From contig NC_068982.1 in the NCBI RefSeq assembly GCF_001194135.2, positions 54,182,752 to 54,215,114 of the forward strand: DNA of 32,363 nt. The letters are read 5' to 3'. The stretch comes from Octopus bimaculoides. Its lineage: Eukaryota. Every line of letters begins with the position of its first letter. Within the stretch, counting starts at the first letter, position 1. Both the position numbers and the translations under genes were made by a program. Shown in pieces: positions 21,241 to 32,363 of the stretch. Under the pieces are notes generated by a model that saw nothing but the letters and a program-made list of their open reading frames with translations, did no database searches and was not told the origin of the DNA.

Positions 21241-21748
21241 TACGAGGGTGGGCTGAAAAGTTCATAGGCTGGCTATGAAGGAGTGACGCTAGTGCTGTGA
21301 AATCTTGCAAGCTTTAATTTCAAATCTTGTTAATAACTGTTTTGTTTCTTTCCTCATACTTACTAAAGGAGGTCTTGTTTCATCGGGACAGTGTTTCACT
21401 ACACAAGCCCTCGATTTCATTGGCTGCTGTGCGTGACTGACTTTGTACTGGATGTTCACCCTCCCAATTCTCCTGATTTGGTTCCATCTGACGATCATCT
21501 ATTGCCCTTCACGAAAAAAAATCTTGGCTAGGAACCAGTATCGCAGTGATTATCATTGTCATGTCTGCTGTTGCTGACTTTTTTATTTTTACCAACAGGA
21601 TGAATGATTTTTCACCAATGGAATCGGAGCACTGCAACACTGATTGAAGAAGTGTGNNNNNNNNNNTTGAAAAAAAAAAACCCATTATTTTGTCACATTC
21701 CATGAAAGTATCTTGGCCAGCCTATGAACTTTTCAGATGACCCTTGTA
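21241..21748 (+). mobile_element. Internally deleted mariner transposon
   Basis: TIRs TACGAGGGTGGGCTGAAAAGTTCATAGGCTGGC and GCCAGCCTATGAACTTTTCAGATGACCCTTGTA with terminal TA; transposase remnant GVLFHRDS...HPPNSPDLVPSD (21457-21492, ~HPPYSPDLAPSD). Confidence 0.92.
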
Positions 21749-21755
21749 TATTCAT

Positions 21756-21808
<53 letters not shown>

Positions 21809-21894
21809 TACATACATACATACATGATGACTGTCAACTCATGAATGAGGAAATCTCTCACTGACCATTAACAACATTATGCACTCAGAAAAAT

Positions 21895-22115
21895 TTATAC
21901 TTTGTACTTATGGCTAAACGGGTGACTAATGAGCCCAGTTTCTGATAAACATGCACATCTGCAGATATTGCAGACCAAGCTCCCCCCATTCACTACACTA
22001 GCAGTGGGTTTTTTTCTGAAAATACCCACACTTTCCTTTAGTTGTCTTCTCCATTGGTGCCGATCACAAGCATTGCTTTTCCAGTTAGTCTCCCATATTA
22101 CGCATGCCTTCAACA
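21895..22115 (-). mobile_element. RTE-clade LINE C-terminal fragment
   Basis: LKAC.I.ETNWKSNACDRHQWR..LKE.V...LVCNICRCACLSETGLISH: the W..A.DR..WR motif plus a C..C...C.S..GL.SH finger. Confidence 0.8.
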
Positions 22116-22320
22116 GACAGTCATATATGCATGCAAACATACATGTTTAATTGCATACATATATACATACATACATATGTATATATTTTCGTGTTCTTCT
22201 AACAAACCATAATATAGACACACGCACACGCTCAAACACACACACATACACACACAAACTTAAATGAGAGACAGATATTGACATATAGATGACTGTGTGT
22301 GTATATATATATATATATAT

Positions 22321-22753
22321 NNNNNNNNNNNNNNNNNNNNNNNNNNNNNNNNNNNNNNNNNNNNNNNNNNNNNNNNNNNNNNNNNNNNNNNNNNNNNNNN
22401 NNNNNNNNNNNNNNNNNNNNNNNNNNNNNNNNNNNNNNNNNNNNNNNNNNNNNNNNNNNNNNNNNNNNNNNNNNNNNNNNNNNNNNNNNNNNNNNNNNNN
22501 NNNNNNNNNNNNNNNNNNNNNNNNNNNNNNNNNNNNNNNNNNNNNNNNNNNNNNNNNNNNNNNNNNNNNNNNNNNNNNNNNNNNNNNNNNNNNNNNNNNN
22601 NNNNNNNNNNNNNNNNNNNNNNNNNNNNNNNNNNNNNNNNNNNNNNNNNNNNNNNNNNNNNNNNNNNNNNNNNNNNNNNNNNNNNNNNNNNNNNNNNNNN
22701 NNNNNNNNNNNNNNNNNNNNNNNNNNNNNNNNNNNNNNNNNNNNNNNNNNNNN
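22321..22753. other. Assembly gap (N run) inside (TA)n
   Basis: Continuous N characters flanked by TA repeats. Confidence 1.
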
Positions 22754-22800
<47 letters not shown>

Positions 22801-23097
22801 GTATATATATTTAACTCTGTGTGTGTATATCTGTGTGTGTATGTATGCATATATATGTACTGTATATTTAAAAGTATACTTGTGTAGCCCATTGCACGCA
22901 TGCATAAGTTAACGCATACACCCAAATACAGGCGTTCGGTTAGATATTTCATGTTACATGGTGACTTAATCTGTCTACACTTTTAAAGATGACGTAATAC
23001 AATAGGTTATTACCCGGTCAAAGGCCTCAAATGCTCTATATATTTGCATTACATACAGTATAGTCATGTCATTCGTGACGCAGCTTCAACATGACAT

Positions 23098-23408
23098 TCC
23101 TTTCTCTTTCTCTCTCTCTCTCTTTCTGCCTTTTTCTCTCTCTCACGCTTTTTCTCTCCCACACGTTATCTCTCTCTCTCTCTCTCTCTCTCTCCCTTTC
23201 TCTCTCTCTCTCTTTCTCTCTATCTCTCTCTTTCACACATATTTTCAATGTCTTATCATCTTCCATTATCTTTGTCCTGACTTTTTCCTCTTTTTTCTCA
23301 CACTCTCTTTATCTTCTCTCCTGTTTTTCTCGTTCAGACTCTCGACTCCTCCCTCTATTTTCTTTCTTCCATTCTCACCTTTCTTTCATTCTTCTCCTNN
23401 NNNNNNNN

Positions 23409-23452
<44 letters not shown>
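23098..23452. repeat. Pyrimidine-rich (CT)n low-complexity tract
   Basis: Read directly from the sequence. Confidence 0.9.
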
Positions 23453-23453
<1 letters not shown>

Positions 23454-23680
23454 ATTCCTCTTTTCTAGAGTGGATTTTTTTTCTAGAAGTATTTATATCA
23501 GTCTATAACAAAATCTGTAACCAACAAGGCTGAAGGTATACAGCAAGAAATCTAATGTCCTCCACCCCGCATCTCCTTCGTAGACTCAAGTAAAACTCCA
23601 TACATGCATACGTAATACAGACATACTTGCATACAAACAAACACTCACACATGCTCGCACAAGCACATATATACATACAT

Positions 23681-23827
23681 CATTTATTTGTTTCAGACAT
23701 TAGACGGCACCCATCCTGGGGCACTACTTTGAAGTACATTTCTCAAGCCTGGTATTTATTCTATTGGTTTCTTTAGCCGAATCACTAAGTTATAGGGCGT
23801 AAACACACCATCACCGGCTATCAAGCG
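23681..23827 (-). mobile_element. SINE family B 3' fragment
   Basis: TTGTTTCAG, GGTATTTATTCTATTGGT and CTAAGTTA..GGCGTAAACACACC blocks. Confidence 0.7.
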
Positions 23828-24129
23828 CATATATATATATGTATGTGTGTATATATATATAATTTTATATAAAGGGTATTAACTGTGTATCAATGCCTCA
23901 CGCTATCGAGGGACTAAATAGGTAAAAAAAACTACCAAAAATAAGCAACATATTTACCGAAAGCGAGGGAATGCAGCTTTTCAAAATTTATCTCTTAAAA
24001 ACATTTAACTCAACGGTAGACCACTGGTTTCTCAATCAAATACAGAAAAAACTGTGAAGTAACCTGTATTCTTTTGTTCATCAGTACACGTATGGTCAAG
24101 ATATATAAAAATAAACAAGAATCACCTAC

Positions 24130-24180
24130 CATGATGTAGCCATCACAGCAATGATGACTTTTGTTCACAATTATATATCC
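24130..24180 (-). CDS. Candidate 51-nt internal exon (GYIIVNKSHHCCDGYIM), host gene unknown
   Basis: Acceptor TCTCTTTCAG| at 24181, donor |GTAGGT at 24129-24124, open only in phase 0; CC.GY resembles Cys-rich extracellular modules. Confidence 0.22.
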
Positions 24181-24400
24181 CTGAAAGAGATTTGAATTTA
24201 TCCAGTTGCATCTCGGTAACATGTGCTTATACAGAATGATATTCAGCACTGAATATATTCTAATTATTTATAATATAATATAGGATAAATTCTTTATAAG
24301 AATTTATCAAGTAGTCAGCGTGAAAAAACCTCATAATGAAAAAATAACGAAAAATTTCGTAATGAAAAAATTCATGGACGGGACACTAGTTCGTCACAAG

Positions 24401-24532
24401 GTTACGTTTTTGCCAGCTGAGTGGATTGGAGCAACGTGAAATGAAATGTTTTGTTCTAAAACACAACGCAACGCAGGTCCAGGAATCGAAACCACAATCT
24501 TACGATCAGGAGCCACTATGCCATACGCCTCC
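24401..24532 (-). mobile_element. SINE family D fragment
   Basis: A box TGGCATAGTGG and B box GGTTTCGATTCC on the minus strand; CAGCTGAGTGGATTGGAGCAACGT matches the 16145 copy. Confidence 0.7.
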
Positions 24533-26040
24533 ACAATGATACATCGGTGGACCGAATCAATAAATGTTAGAACTATCCTTGAATTTGTTCCCGGTATTTC
24601 TAATGTTCAGATATGTAGCATAACATCCCAGATATAACATCAGCCTCTAGTAATCCAACGTATTTGACCCTCTAGAAATAACAGTGAAACAAAATTGTCC
24701 CCAATCTCACCCTACTCTACTAAGGAATTAAATATACGTTTGATAATGTCTTCGAAAAGACGAGATAGCCATGCCTAGTCAGCCTTTCATCACGTGTTTG
24801 CACTATACGGATAGGGATTAAACAAAAATACCTAGTCGTGTTTCAATATAGAATTGGTAATGTGGAGTTCCCAGAGCACCATTGGTACGAAATTCTTTTC
24901 CAAAGCAAGATTAAGTTTGTCAGTATTGTTCTCTATCAGATTCCATGCTAAATATCATCGTAAAATGGGGGAAACAGAATTATGATACATTGTCTCGGGG
25001 GCACTAATAGAGTAAATGAAATAAAGTTACTGCTTTGATATAGGTTTAGAATGGTGGAAGTCAATAATGACAGTGACCCCGCATCAGAATTCGATAAAAT
25101 AAGTAGTAGTCAAGAAATAGAAACGATACAAATGTATACACACAATCCTTAATTGTATCCTAGTGAGTAAGACTGTGTGTGGTTAGGTAACTTTGTATCG
25201 ATTCTGCTTCACTGAAGCGGTTCAAAAAGACAGAAACATATCTGGAGTTGTGATCTTAGCTACAATATGTCGAATTCACACTTCTCTGCATATATGAAAT
25301 TAATTTTTAGTAAACGAAATAGTTGAAAGTTACCCCACTTCTCTCCTTTAAGAAAAATTCTCATTAACGCTTAGGACTTTTCTCGTTACGGTTATAACTT
25401 CGGTTGATCAAAAATTATTTTCACGTTATCTATTGTTGTCTTTACTTTAGTATATTAAATTATTCAGGTTTTGAGATGTAAAGATTACTCAACAATTAAC
25501 TGAGACCTTCGTCTAGGAAAAAGAAAAAAAAAAGAGCAGAGAATAAGATCGAATATTAATACCATGTTAAAACTACATAAAATAAAAAAGATTTGTAAGC
25601 AGACGATAACGGATAAAATGTCAATGTTCGGAATGAAAATATTTCGAAAAGATATACAGTTGCAATAGACTTTTTTTTTCTACATTATTATACTTCAAAA
25701 AGTAACCTTTTACATTCTAATTTTTCCTATTTTACTTTTGTGTTAGCTTTTTCTTTTACTTTCCCTTTCATTTTTCTTTCTTTTTCCTTTTTTGTTTTCT
25801 TCTGATTTGTCTCTTGCTTTTTTTTTTCTTCTTTTTTTTTCTGTACAGAACTTAAAATGGCAGAGCACCATTTGACATTTGAATAACTTAACAGGATTTT
25901 AAATAACTGCTGTTAAAAGTGGGGTGGGTATGATAAAGGAGTGAAATAATTACATAAATTCATAGCTAGCCACTCCAATCGACATACCGTTCTTCTTTTT
26001 TATTATGTTTCTTATTTAAATATTCTTCCAAAAATTACTG

Positions 26041-26084
<44 letters not shown>

Positions 26085-26340
26085 ATGCTTTAGAAAGGAA
26101 ATTTATATTTGAGCAAATTATTTTACTCCCTATATTATGAGAATACATAGTCATACATAAATTAGACGTCCTATGCTATATAGAGGGCTTTACGTGGTCA
26201 CTTGACTTGCTAGAAATAGTAGCCCGAGCCATCAGATTGCAGTCTACTATCTTAAAAAAAGATGGGTTGATTACAGCAGCTTAATTAGGCCGAGCCTTGA
26301 GTAAAACTGAATTCCTTTCGCGATATTTTGTTTTACGTTC

Positions 26341-26772
26341 TTTTATTTTTATCATTTATTTGTTTTAGTCATGAGATACCGGCCATGCTGGGGCACCGCC
26401 TTGAAGAATTTTTGGTTTAATAAATTGACCCCCAGTATTTTTTTCTTTTAAAGCCTATTACTTATTCTATCGGTCTCTTTTGTCCAACCGATAAGTTATG
26501 AGGACGTAAACAAACCAACACCAATTATTAAGCGGTGGTGTGGGACAAAAACGGGCTGAAAGACACACATTACACACATACATATAAATGTGTGTGTATA
26601 TGTGTGCACATACACACAACGGGATTCTTTCAGTTTCCGTCAACTAAATCCATTCGCAAGTCTTTGGTCAACTCGGTGCTATAATAGAAAACACTTGCCC
26701 AAGGTGTCACACATTAAAACTGAACCTGGAACCATGTGGTTGGGAAGCAAACTGCTTATTACACAGCCACCT
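26341..26772 (-). mobile_element. SINE family B, full length
   Basis: Head GTGGCTGTGT...CCACATGGTTCCAGGTTCAG, CACCTTGGGCAAGTG, central (CA/TA)n, tail. Confidence 0.88.
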
Positions 26773-27215
26773 ACAAATAAATACCTATGTTTTCTGAGGC
26801 GATATTATTGTAATAAGAGCTTGTTAAGTATCTTATAAACGAATGCAAACGTACGTACACGTGTGTATACATCCACCTGCTGAAACAAGTTTTTACAAAT
26901 AAGTCAGTTAAATTTCTTTCATATAAACGTTAATTGTAGTCGTATCGCCTATCACTATAAAGTTTCCACTCAAGCGCGTCTTATTATACTTTTCTGAATT
27001 CAAAATTCAAAAAGCTTAAGTAAACAAAAAGAATGCATTGAACCCAACGCAAACAGATATTACTAACAAAAATACATGGTTCACTGAATTTTCCTGCTCT
27101 TGTCAGACTTTATTAAAATAATATATCTTTAATAAGGTCCCAAAAGCAAAATATTACGAGGCTTACTATGGAGTTTTACTAACACAATATATATATTTAT
27201 TGTTTAATGTTTCTT

Positions 27216-27428
27216 AGGCGGCAAGTTGACAAAATCGTTACCGCGCAGAACAAAAGGCTTAGCGGCATTTCGTTCGTCTTTACATTCTGAGTTCTACTTA
27301 CGTCAAAGTTGATTATCTTTCATTCTTTTGGAGGTCGATAAAATAAGTACAGGTTGAGAATTGGGGTCGATGTAATCGACTTACGCTCTCCCTCGAACTT
27401 GCTGGCCTTTGGTCAAAATTTGAAACCA
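27216..27428 (+). mobile_element. SINE family A (diverged)
   Basis: Head, GGGGTCGATGTAATCGACTT, tail CAAAATTTGAAACC. Confidence 0.82.
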
Positions 27429-27632
27429 ATGATATATTGTACGAAAGGAGACATCAAAATCTGAAAAGTAAGATTCTGTTAAATTTGTAGTATCTCAGTT
27501 TTGAAAGAGTTTTGAAAGAATCAAGCATTTTCAGGTTGACAGTGTTTTTCTTAGAATGTGGCCAGTACCCATGAGAACAATTTCTCTTGTTCTGATACAT
27601 TTGAGTTTCTTGTTATGCAGACAAAGTGTTAA

Positions 27633-28248
27633 AGAGCTGGCAGAATCGTTAGCACGCTGTCTCTACGTTCTGAGTTCAAATTCCATCGAAGTCGATTCTG
27701 TCTTTTATCATTTTAGGTCGATGAAATAAGAACCAGTCAAGTACTGTGGTCGATATAATCGATTAGCCTCCTCCTGCCAAAGTCCAGTCCTAATCCTACA
27801 GTAGAATGGATTATTTAACGTTTCTAAGGCGGGTGAGCTGGCTGAATCGTTGGCAGCATTTTGTTACATTCTGAGAACAAATTCCGCCGACGTCGACTTT
27901 GCCTCTTGACCTTTCGGAGTCGATAAAATAAGTAGTAGTGAAGAACTGGGATTAATATAATCTACTAGCCCGCCTCCCAAATAAATTTAAGCCTTGTGCC
28001 CACAGTAAAAAGGGATTGTTTAATGTTCCTACGGCGGCGAGCTAGCAGAATCGTTATCACGCCGAATATAATAAATAGCGGTTGCTTAGTTGCATTTCGT
28101 CTGTCTTAACGTTCTGAGTTCAAATTAGCCGAGGTCGACTTTGCCTCTCGTCCTTTCAGGGTCAATAAAATATGTACCAGTCAAGTATTAGAGTCGATGT
28201 AATCGACTTCCCCTAAAAAATTGCTGGCCTTGAGCCAAACTTTGAAAC
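27633..28248 (+). mobile_element. Head-to-tail trimer of SINE family A (27633-27808, 27826-28013, 28031-28248)
   Basis: Three successive heads (GAGCT(G/A)GC(A/T)GAATCG) and cores, each copy followed by TTTAA(T/C)GTT(T/C)CT. Confidence 0.85.
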
Positions 28249-28384
28249 CATCATTTAATGTTTCTAAATACTATCGTTTAGCATTGTTCTAGATAGAAGC
28301 TTGATTGGCGGAAACTGCTTTCATCAGCTGAAACGTTCATTAAAAGATTTTTACAAGATAGCTTCTGATTTAAGCACAACTCCA

Positions 28385-28790
28385 GTAATTTTGCGTGGAG
28401 GATGTAACGATCGCTTGCCATCGACCCAGTACCTGACTGGTACTTGATCTTATAGAACCTGGAGGGGTGAAGAGTAAAGTTAACTTCGGCAACATTTGAA
28501 CTCAGAATGTGAAGAGCCAGAACGAATGCCGCAGCGCATTTTTTCACGCTCTAATGATTCTGCCACTCCAACACACTTTATGGTTTCTCATGAAGGAACA
28601 GTTCAAGATTTTGAAGTGATAGAGTTGCCATTGATCCAATACTTTTACTTTATTTTTATCGAACTCATGGGGATGAAAAGTAAAGTTGATGTCGGTGTGA
28701 TTTGAACTCAGAATGTAAAGAGGCGGAAAAAAATATTGCACTGTATTTTTTTCTAACGCGCTAACGATTTTACCGGCTCGCTGCCAAACG
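28385..28790 (-). mobile_element. Two diverged SINE family A copies in tandem
   Basis: Each has ATTTGAACTCAGAATGT (B box) and core remnants. Confidence 0.7.
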
Positions 28791-28859
28791 TCTCATCTAA
28801 TGATTTCGAACATATACACAAGGCTGCAGATTTGACGACGAGAACAATTGATTATATTT

Positions 28860-29054
28860 GTTTGAAATTTTAGCACAAGGTCAGCAATTTCGAGGGAGGA
28901 AGTAAGTACTCAGCTTGTACTTATTCTATCGATACCGAAAGGAAGCAGGACAAAGTCGACCTCAGTGGAACTTGATCTCAGACCGTAAAGACGGGCGAAA
29001 TGCCGCTAAGCATTGCGTGCAAGCGTCCTAGCGATTCTGCCAGCTCGCTGCCTT
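28860..29054 (-). mobile_element. SINE family A with 13-bp TSD, nested in an older repeat
   Basis: AGAACAATTGATT at 28841-28853 and 29056-29068. Confidence 0.85.
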
Positions 29055-29569
29055 AAGAACAATTGATTGTTTTGACTGCCGTATTTGACTAGTATTTAAT
29101 TTATCGAGACCTAAAAAATGAACTCTGACTGTGAAAAGAAGTTACTAAATATCATAAAGCATCTTGTCTGCTGTTCTATCAATTTTCTGTGCCAGTACGT
29201 TAAGTTTTTTCAAATAAGAGCGAAATGACAATTCAAACTGAGGGTTTATCTTGTAATATAAAAGGGATGCTTCAAGTGGTTTTACGGAAACTTAATGAAA
29301 TCTTTTTGCCCATTTTAACCCAGGTTAACCATGTCAAAATTTTGAAGATAGTCATATAAATAGGGATAACAAACATATGGAAGCGTCCAGTTAACCCTTA
29401 TTGCTGTAAATAAACCAAATACAATAGTTATATAAATACAACAAGCACTATTTTGCGTCCAGTTAACCTTTAGTGAGGTAGATAAACTAAATAAAACTGT
29501 CCTCATACGAGGAAAGTGGGTTAAAATGGGTTGTGCTGAACGTAAAGCGAAGTCTATGAATAGAACGCA

Positions 29570-29931
29570 TAAGGCGGCGAGCTGGCAGAATTCTTAGCTC
29601 GCTGGGCAAAATGCTTAGCAAGATTTCATCCGTCTTTACGTTCTCAGTTCAAATTCCGCCGAGGTCGACTTTACCTTTCATCCTTTTGGGGTCGATAAAA
29701 TAAGTACCAGTTGAAGGGGTTGTTGATCTGTGGGCGTCGGCGCCCCTCTCATTTTTCATATGTATCATCCTTTCATTCTACATTTGTCTTTGTCCAGCCC
29801 TAGCTACGGCCATTCTGTGTAAAGCCTATATGGCTAATTAATGAAATGAAATAAAGTACCAGTTGAGTACTACGGTCGATGTAATCGCCCTCCCCCGAAC
29901 TTGCTGGTGTTGTGCCAAAATTTGAAACCAA
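29570..29931 (+). mobile_element. SINE family A interrupted by a 139-bp insert
   Basis: Head and core run to 29714 and resume at 29867 (GTACTACGGTCGATGTAATCG...TTTGAAACC). Confidence 0.88.
29715..29853 (+). mobile_element. 5'-truncated retrotransposon 3' end with 13-bp TSD
   Basis: TSD AAGTACCAGTTGA at 29702-29714 and 29854-29866; the insert ends in TGAAATGAAATA. Confidence 0.8.
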
Positions 29932-30399
29932 TAAATCCAACGCATTGTGCCCATTACTCTTTCAATTGAAACCCCGCCACCCGTGCTTTAAAGCATTTCA
30001 AATAATTGTGAAATAAAGTGGAAGGCTTACATTCTGATACGAAAGATAAATTTTAAATATCTTAATGGTTTTACGGGAATCTACTAGAGTCTTTCAATGT
30101 ACAGACATGAACACTTCCAAAATATGTGCTTGAAAAGTGGACTGGCTGAGAAATTAAGATAGAGAAGTGGCGTTACTTACAGGATTTAATAGTGCTGATA
30201 GAGGTGAAGCTAATTAAGAGAGCTGTCTGTCATAGCAGCTATGAAGTGACGGTAACATTATGGTATTCACTGGTGATGGTGATATAGAAGAGAAATGTTT
30301 TAGTGGCGATAGGCCTGGACAAATGTGATGTCAGTGGGAGTAGTAATAGTCTGAAAACAGATATTTGGGGCCAGTGAAGATATGTTTTCTTGTTAGTGA

Positions 30400-30800
30400 T
30401 GCTGCTGACGATGATAATGGTGGCAGGAGTGTTGATAGCTGTGTTGTGGTTGTCACCATTTTGACAAAGGTGATGATAATGGAGTTTGTTATAGCCTGGT
30501 AGGTCTAAAGCTGATTGTGGTGATATTAAAGAAGATAATAGTGATGTTGAAAGATGATAATGGCAATATAGACGTTAGTGGAAGAGTAAATGGTAGTGGC
30601 GGGGATGGTGGCTGTAGAATGCGAGGGTTTGGCCGTCATCATTGTCAGGATGAGTGGTGATGCTGATGGTAGTGGTGGTGGTATTGGTAGAGGGCGTTGT
30701 TGTGGGGGTAGGTAGTAGTAGTAGTGGTACGGGTGGTTGTCATCTGGGGGGTTTGGAAGTGTTGGTGTATAGGCATGTTGATGTGATGGCGGTGATAGCA
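30400..30800. repeat. Degenerate (GGT/GAT/GTA)n trinucleotide low-complexity region
   Basis: Read directly from the sequence. Confidence 0.75.
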
Positions 30801-31633
30801 TTGAAGAATAATAAAATACGGGTATTTAAATAAAGGGCACCAGCGAAAAAGAAAAGCGAGGAAATTATCAATTAGTGGTCAAATAGAATCTCTTCTTTCA
30901 ATACATGACACAACTGTTGGTTTAATTAAGTTTAAGAGGTTCAAGTTTCTATGTCGTTTCAAGCCGAGAAGAGAACCTAATATAGTTAGTAATGCTGTAA
31001 GACTTGAAGAAAAGAAAAAAAAAGGAATATCCCGATATTTTTCTTCTTCGGATTGACTTCTTTTAGCAGTGTCAGTTCCATACAAGCCCGCTGTTTTAAG
31101 TGTTTTAATTAAGCAGCTGGTTAGTCCTTTATCAAGTTAAGAAACAGATGAAACTCAAAAATAATTAGGCTACGCACAACCTGTTACTATTTATGAGGGA
31201 GCTATCTTTTACCTCTTTTTTTTTTTTTTGCTTTTTTGTGCGAGGTAAGAGGAGTTTACATAGAGAGTAAAAAAGACAAAGGTATATTGTTTATACTAAA
31301 TACCAAAAAGAATAATACCTGTGTTAGATGTTTGGGAACATATGGAAACTATATCTCACATCTTCGGTGGGTCTATTAATTTAATGTGTGACTTTATACG
31401 TGACTCTGTTTACATTCGCGGGTGAATTTATGCCCTCCGTATGTTATCCATTTAGTATCTGAATATATTATTACATGGGTGAAAGAGTCTGCCCCATTCC
31501 TAATCGAAAGTATTTTGGTTTTAAATATTTATTTCACGGATATACAAGAACAAAACAAAAAGTTATGTTCAAACAGTTCAACATAACAGTTGGACTTCGT
31601 TATAAGTTGAGTAAATAATTTTAGTACGGATGA

Positions 31634-31782
31634 AAGGGGGCGAGCTGGCAGAAACGCCGGGCGAAATGCTTAACGATATTTCGTCTGCCCTTACGTTCTG
31701 AGTTCAAATTCTGCCGAGGTCGACTTTGCCTTTCATCCTTTCGGTGTCGATAATTTTAAGTACCAGTTACGCACAGGGGTCG
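31634..31782 (+). mobile_element. SINE family A, cut at GGGGTCG by a LINE
   Basis: Head, B box and core match consensus up to CACAGGGGTCG; the expected ATGTAATCGAC and tail are absent. Confidence 0.9.
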
Positions 31783-32363
31783 TCGCATTCGCTAGTATTG
31801 TTAGGAGACTTTAACACAATATGTGAGGCACACACAGATTGTGTTGGCTCGAACACGAACAGAAAATGTAACCCAGGCTTACGGGACCTGCTAAGTCACT
31901 TTCAGCTAGCAGACCCATATAGGTTGGAACACCCGAACACTCCACAGTGGACGTGGTCAAATAGTGACGGGTCTTCCAGATCATATCTAGATAGGATTTT
32001 AATTAGAGAAACAGATAAGTCTATAGCAAAGTGTCCAGAGTTTTTTCTAGTCAGCTAGTGACCACAAGATGGTTACCTGTAAACTGACAATAGATAAGTT
32101 ACATAGTCAGGGATCTGGCTACTGGAAACTCAATACGTCCATTTTGGCGATTGAGGAATACAGAAAGCGGATCAAGATGTTAATACAAAGGGCATTGACA
32201 GGTACCATCATTAATAACAAATGGTGGTACGCCCTAAAAAGAGCCATCAAATATGAGTCTATTAGGTTTAGCATAAGTTTAGCTAAGAATAGGAGATGGT
32301 ATAGTTAAGGAACTAGAAGAAGCCTGGAGGACTGGCAATGCGGACCAAGTGAAGGTAAAAAGA
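31783..32363 (+). mobile_element. L1/Tx1-clade ORF2 apurinic endonuclease fragment (frameshifted, runs off the right edge)
   Basis: LVLLGDFN (GDFN 31804-31815), D.YR..HP...WTWSN, SYLDRIL (31981-), SDHK (32057-32068, after a frameshift), GSGYWKLN (32117-32134). Confidence 0.92.

Noticed and set aside
22147-22952. ORFs of 171-252 aa
   Set aside because: They span the second N gap and (TA)n.
25040-25170. Possible plus-strand exon FRMVEVNNDSDPASEFDK
   Set aside because: It contains TCGATAAAATAAGTAGTAGTCAAG, a decayed SINE A core, and has stops before the donor.
27203-28265. CRISPR-like repeat-spacer reading of the periodic 12-mer
   Set aside because: The intervening units are homologous SINE copies rather than unique spacers, the context is eukaryotic, and no cas genes are present.
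30526-30801. Pro/Tyr/Thr-rich 91-aa ORF
   Set aside because: It is the translation of a degenerate trinucleotide tract.

Overview
AT-rich eukaryotic non-coding DNA. The SINE, LINE and microsatellite content is most consistent with an octopus/coleoid cephalopod assembly (inference from recalled repeat families). It has two long N-gaps (6273-6971, 22321-22753) and four 10-N gaps. I cannot support any intact host protein-coding gene; most listed ORFs are microsatellite or N-gap artefacts. The window is a layered record of mobile elements: L1/Tx1-clade fragments at both edges (RT at 1-281 on -, endonuclease at 31783-32363 on +), decayed RTE LINEs, a decayed CRE-clade (restriction-like endonuclease) retrotransposon at ~8900-10080, a probable Penelope-like remnant, a hAT MITE with 8-bp TSD, an internally deleted mariner, and about 25 copies of three tRNA-derived SINE families. 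Most interesting: (1) the same short core of SINE family A is hit twice by LINE insertions, suggesting a SINE-targeting Tx1-like element, and one insert shares its 3' tail with a family A subfamily; (2) family A copies form head-to-tail chains separated by a repeated 10-12 bp site, as if one site was used repeatedly; (3) three minimal hammerhead-ribozyme-like motifs of the Penelope/retrozyme type lie on the minus strand.
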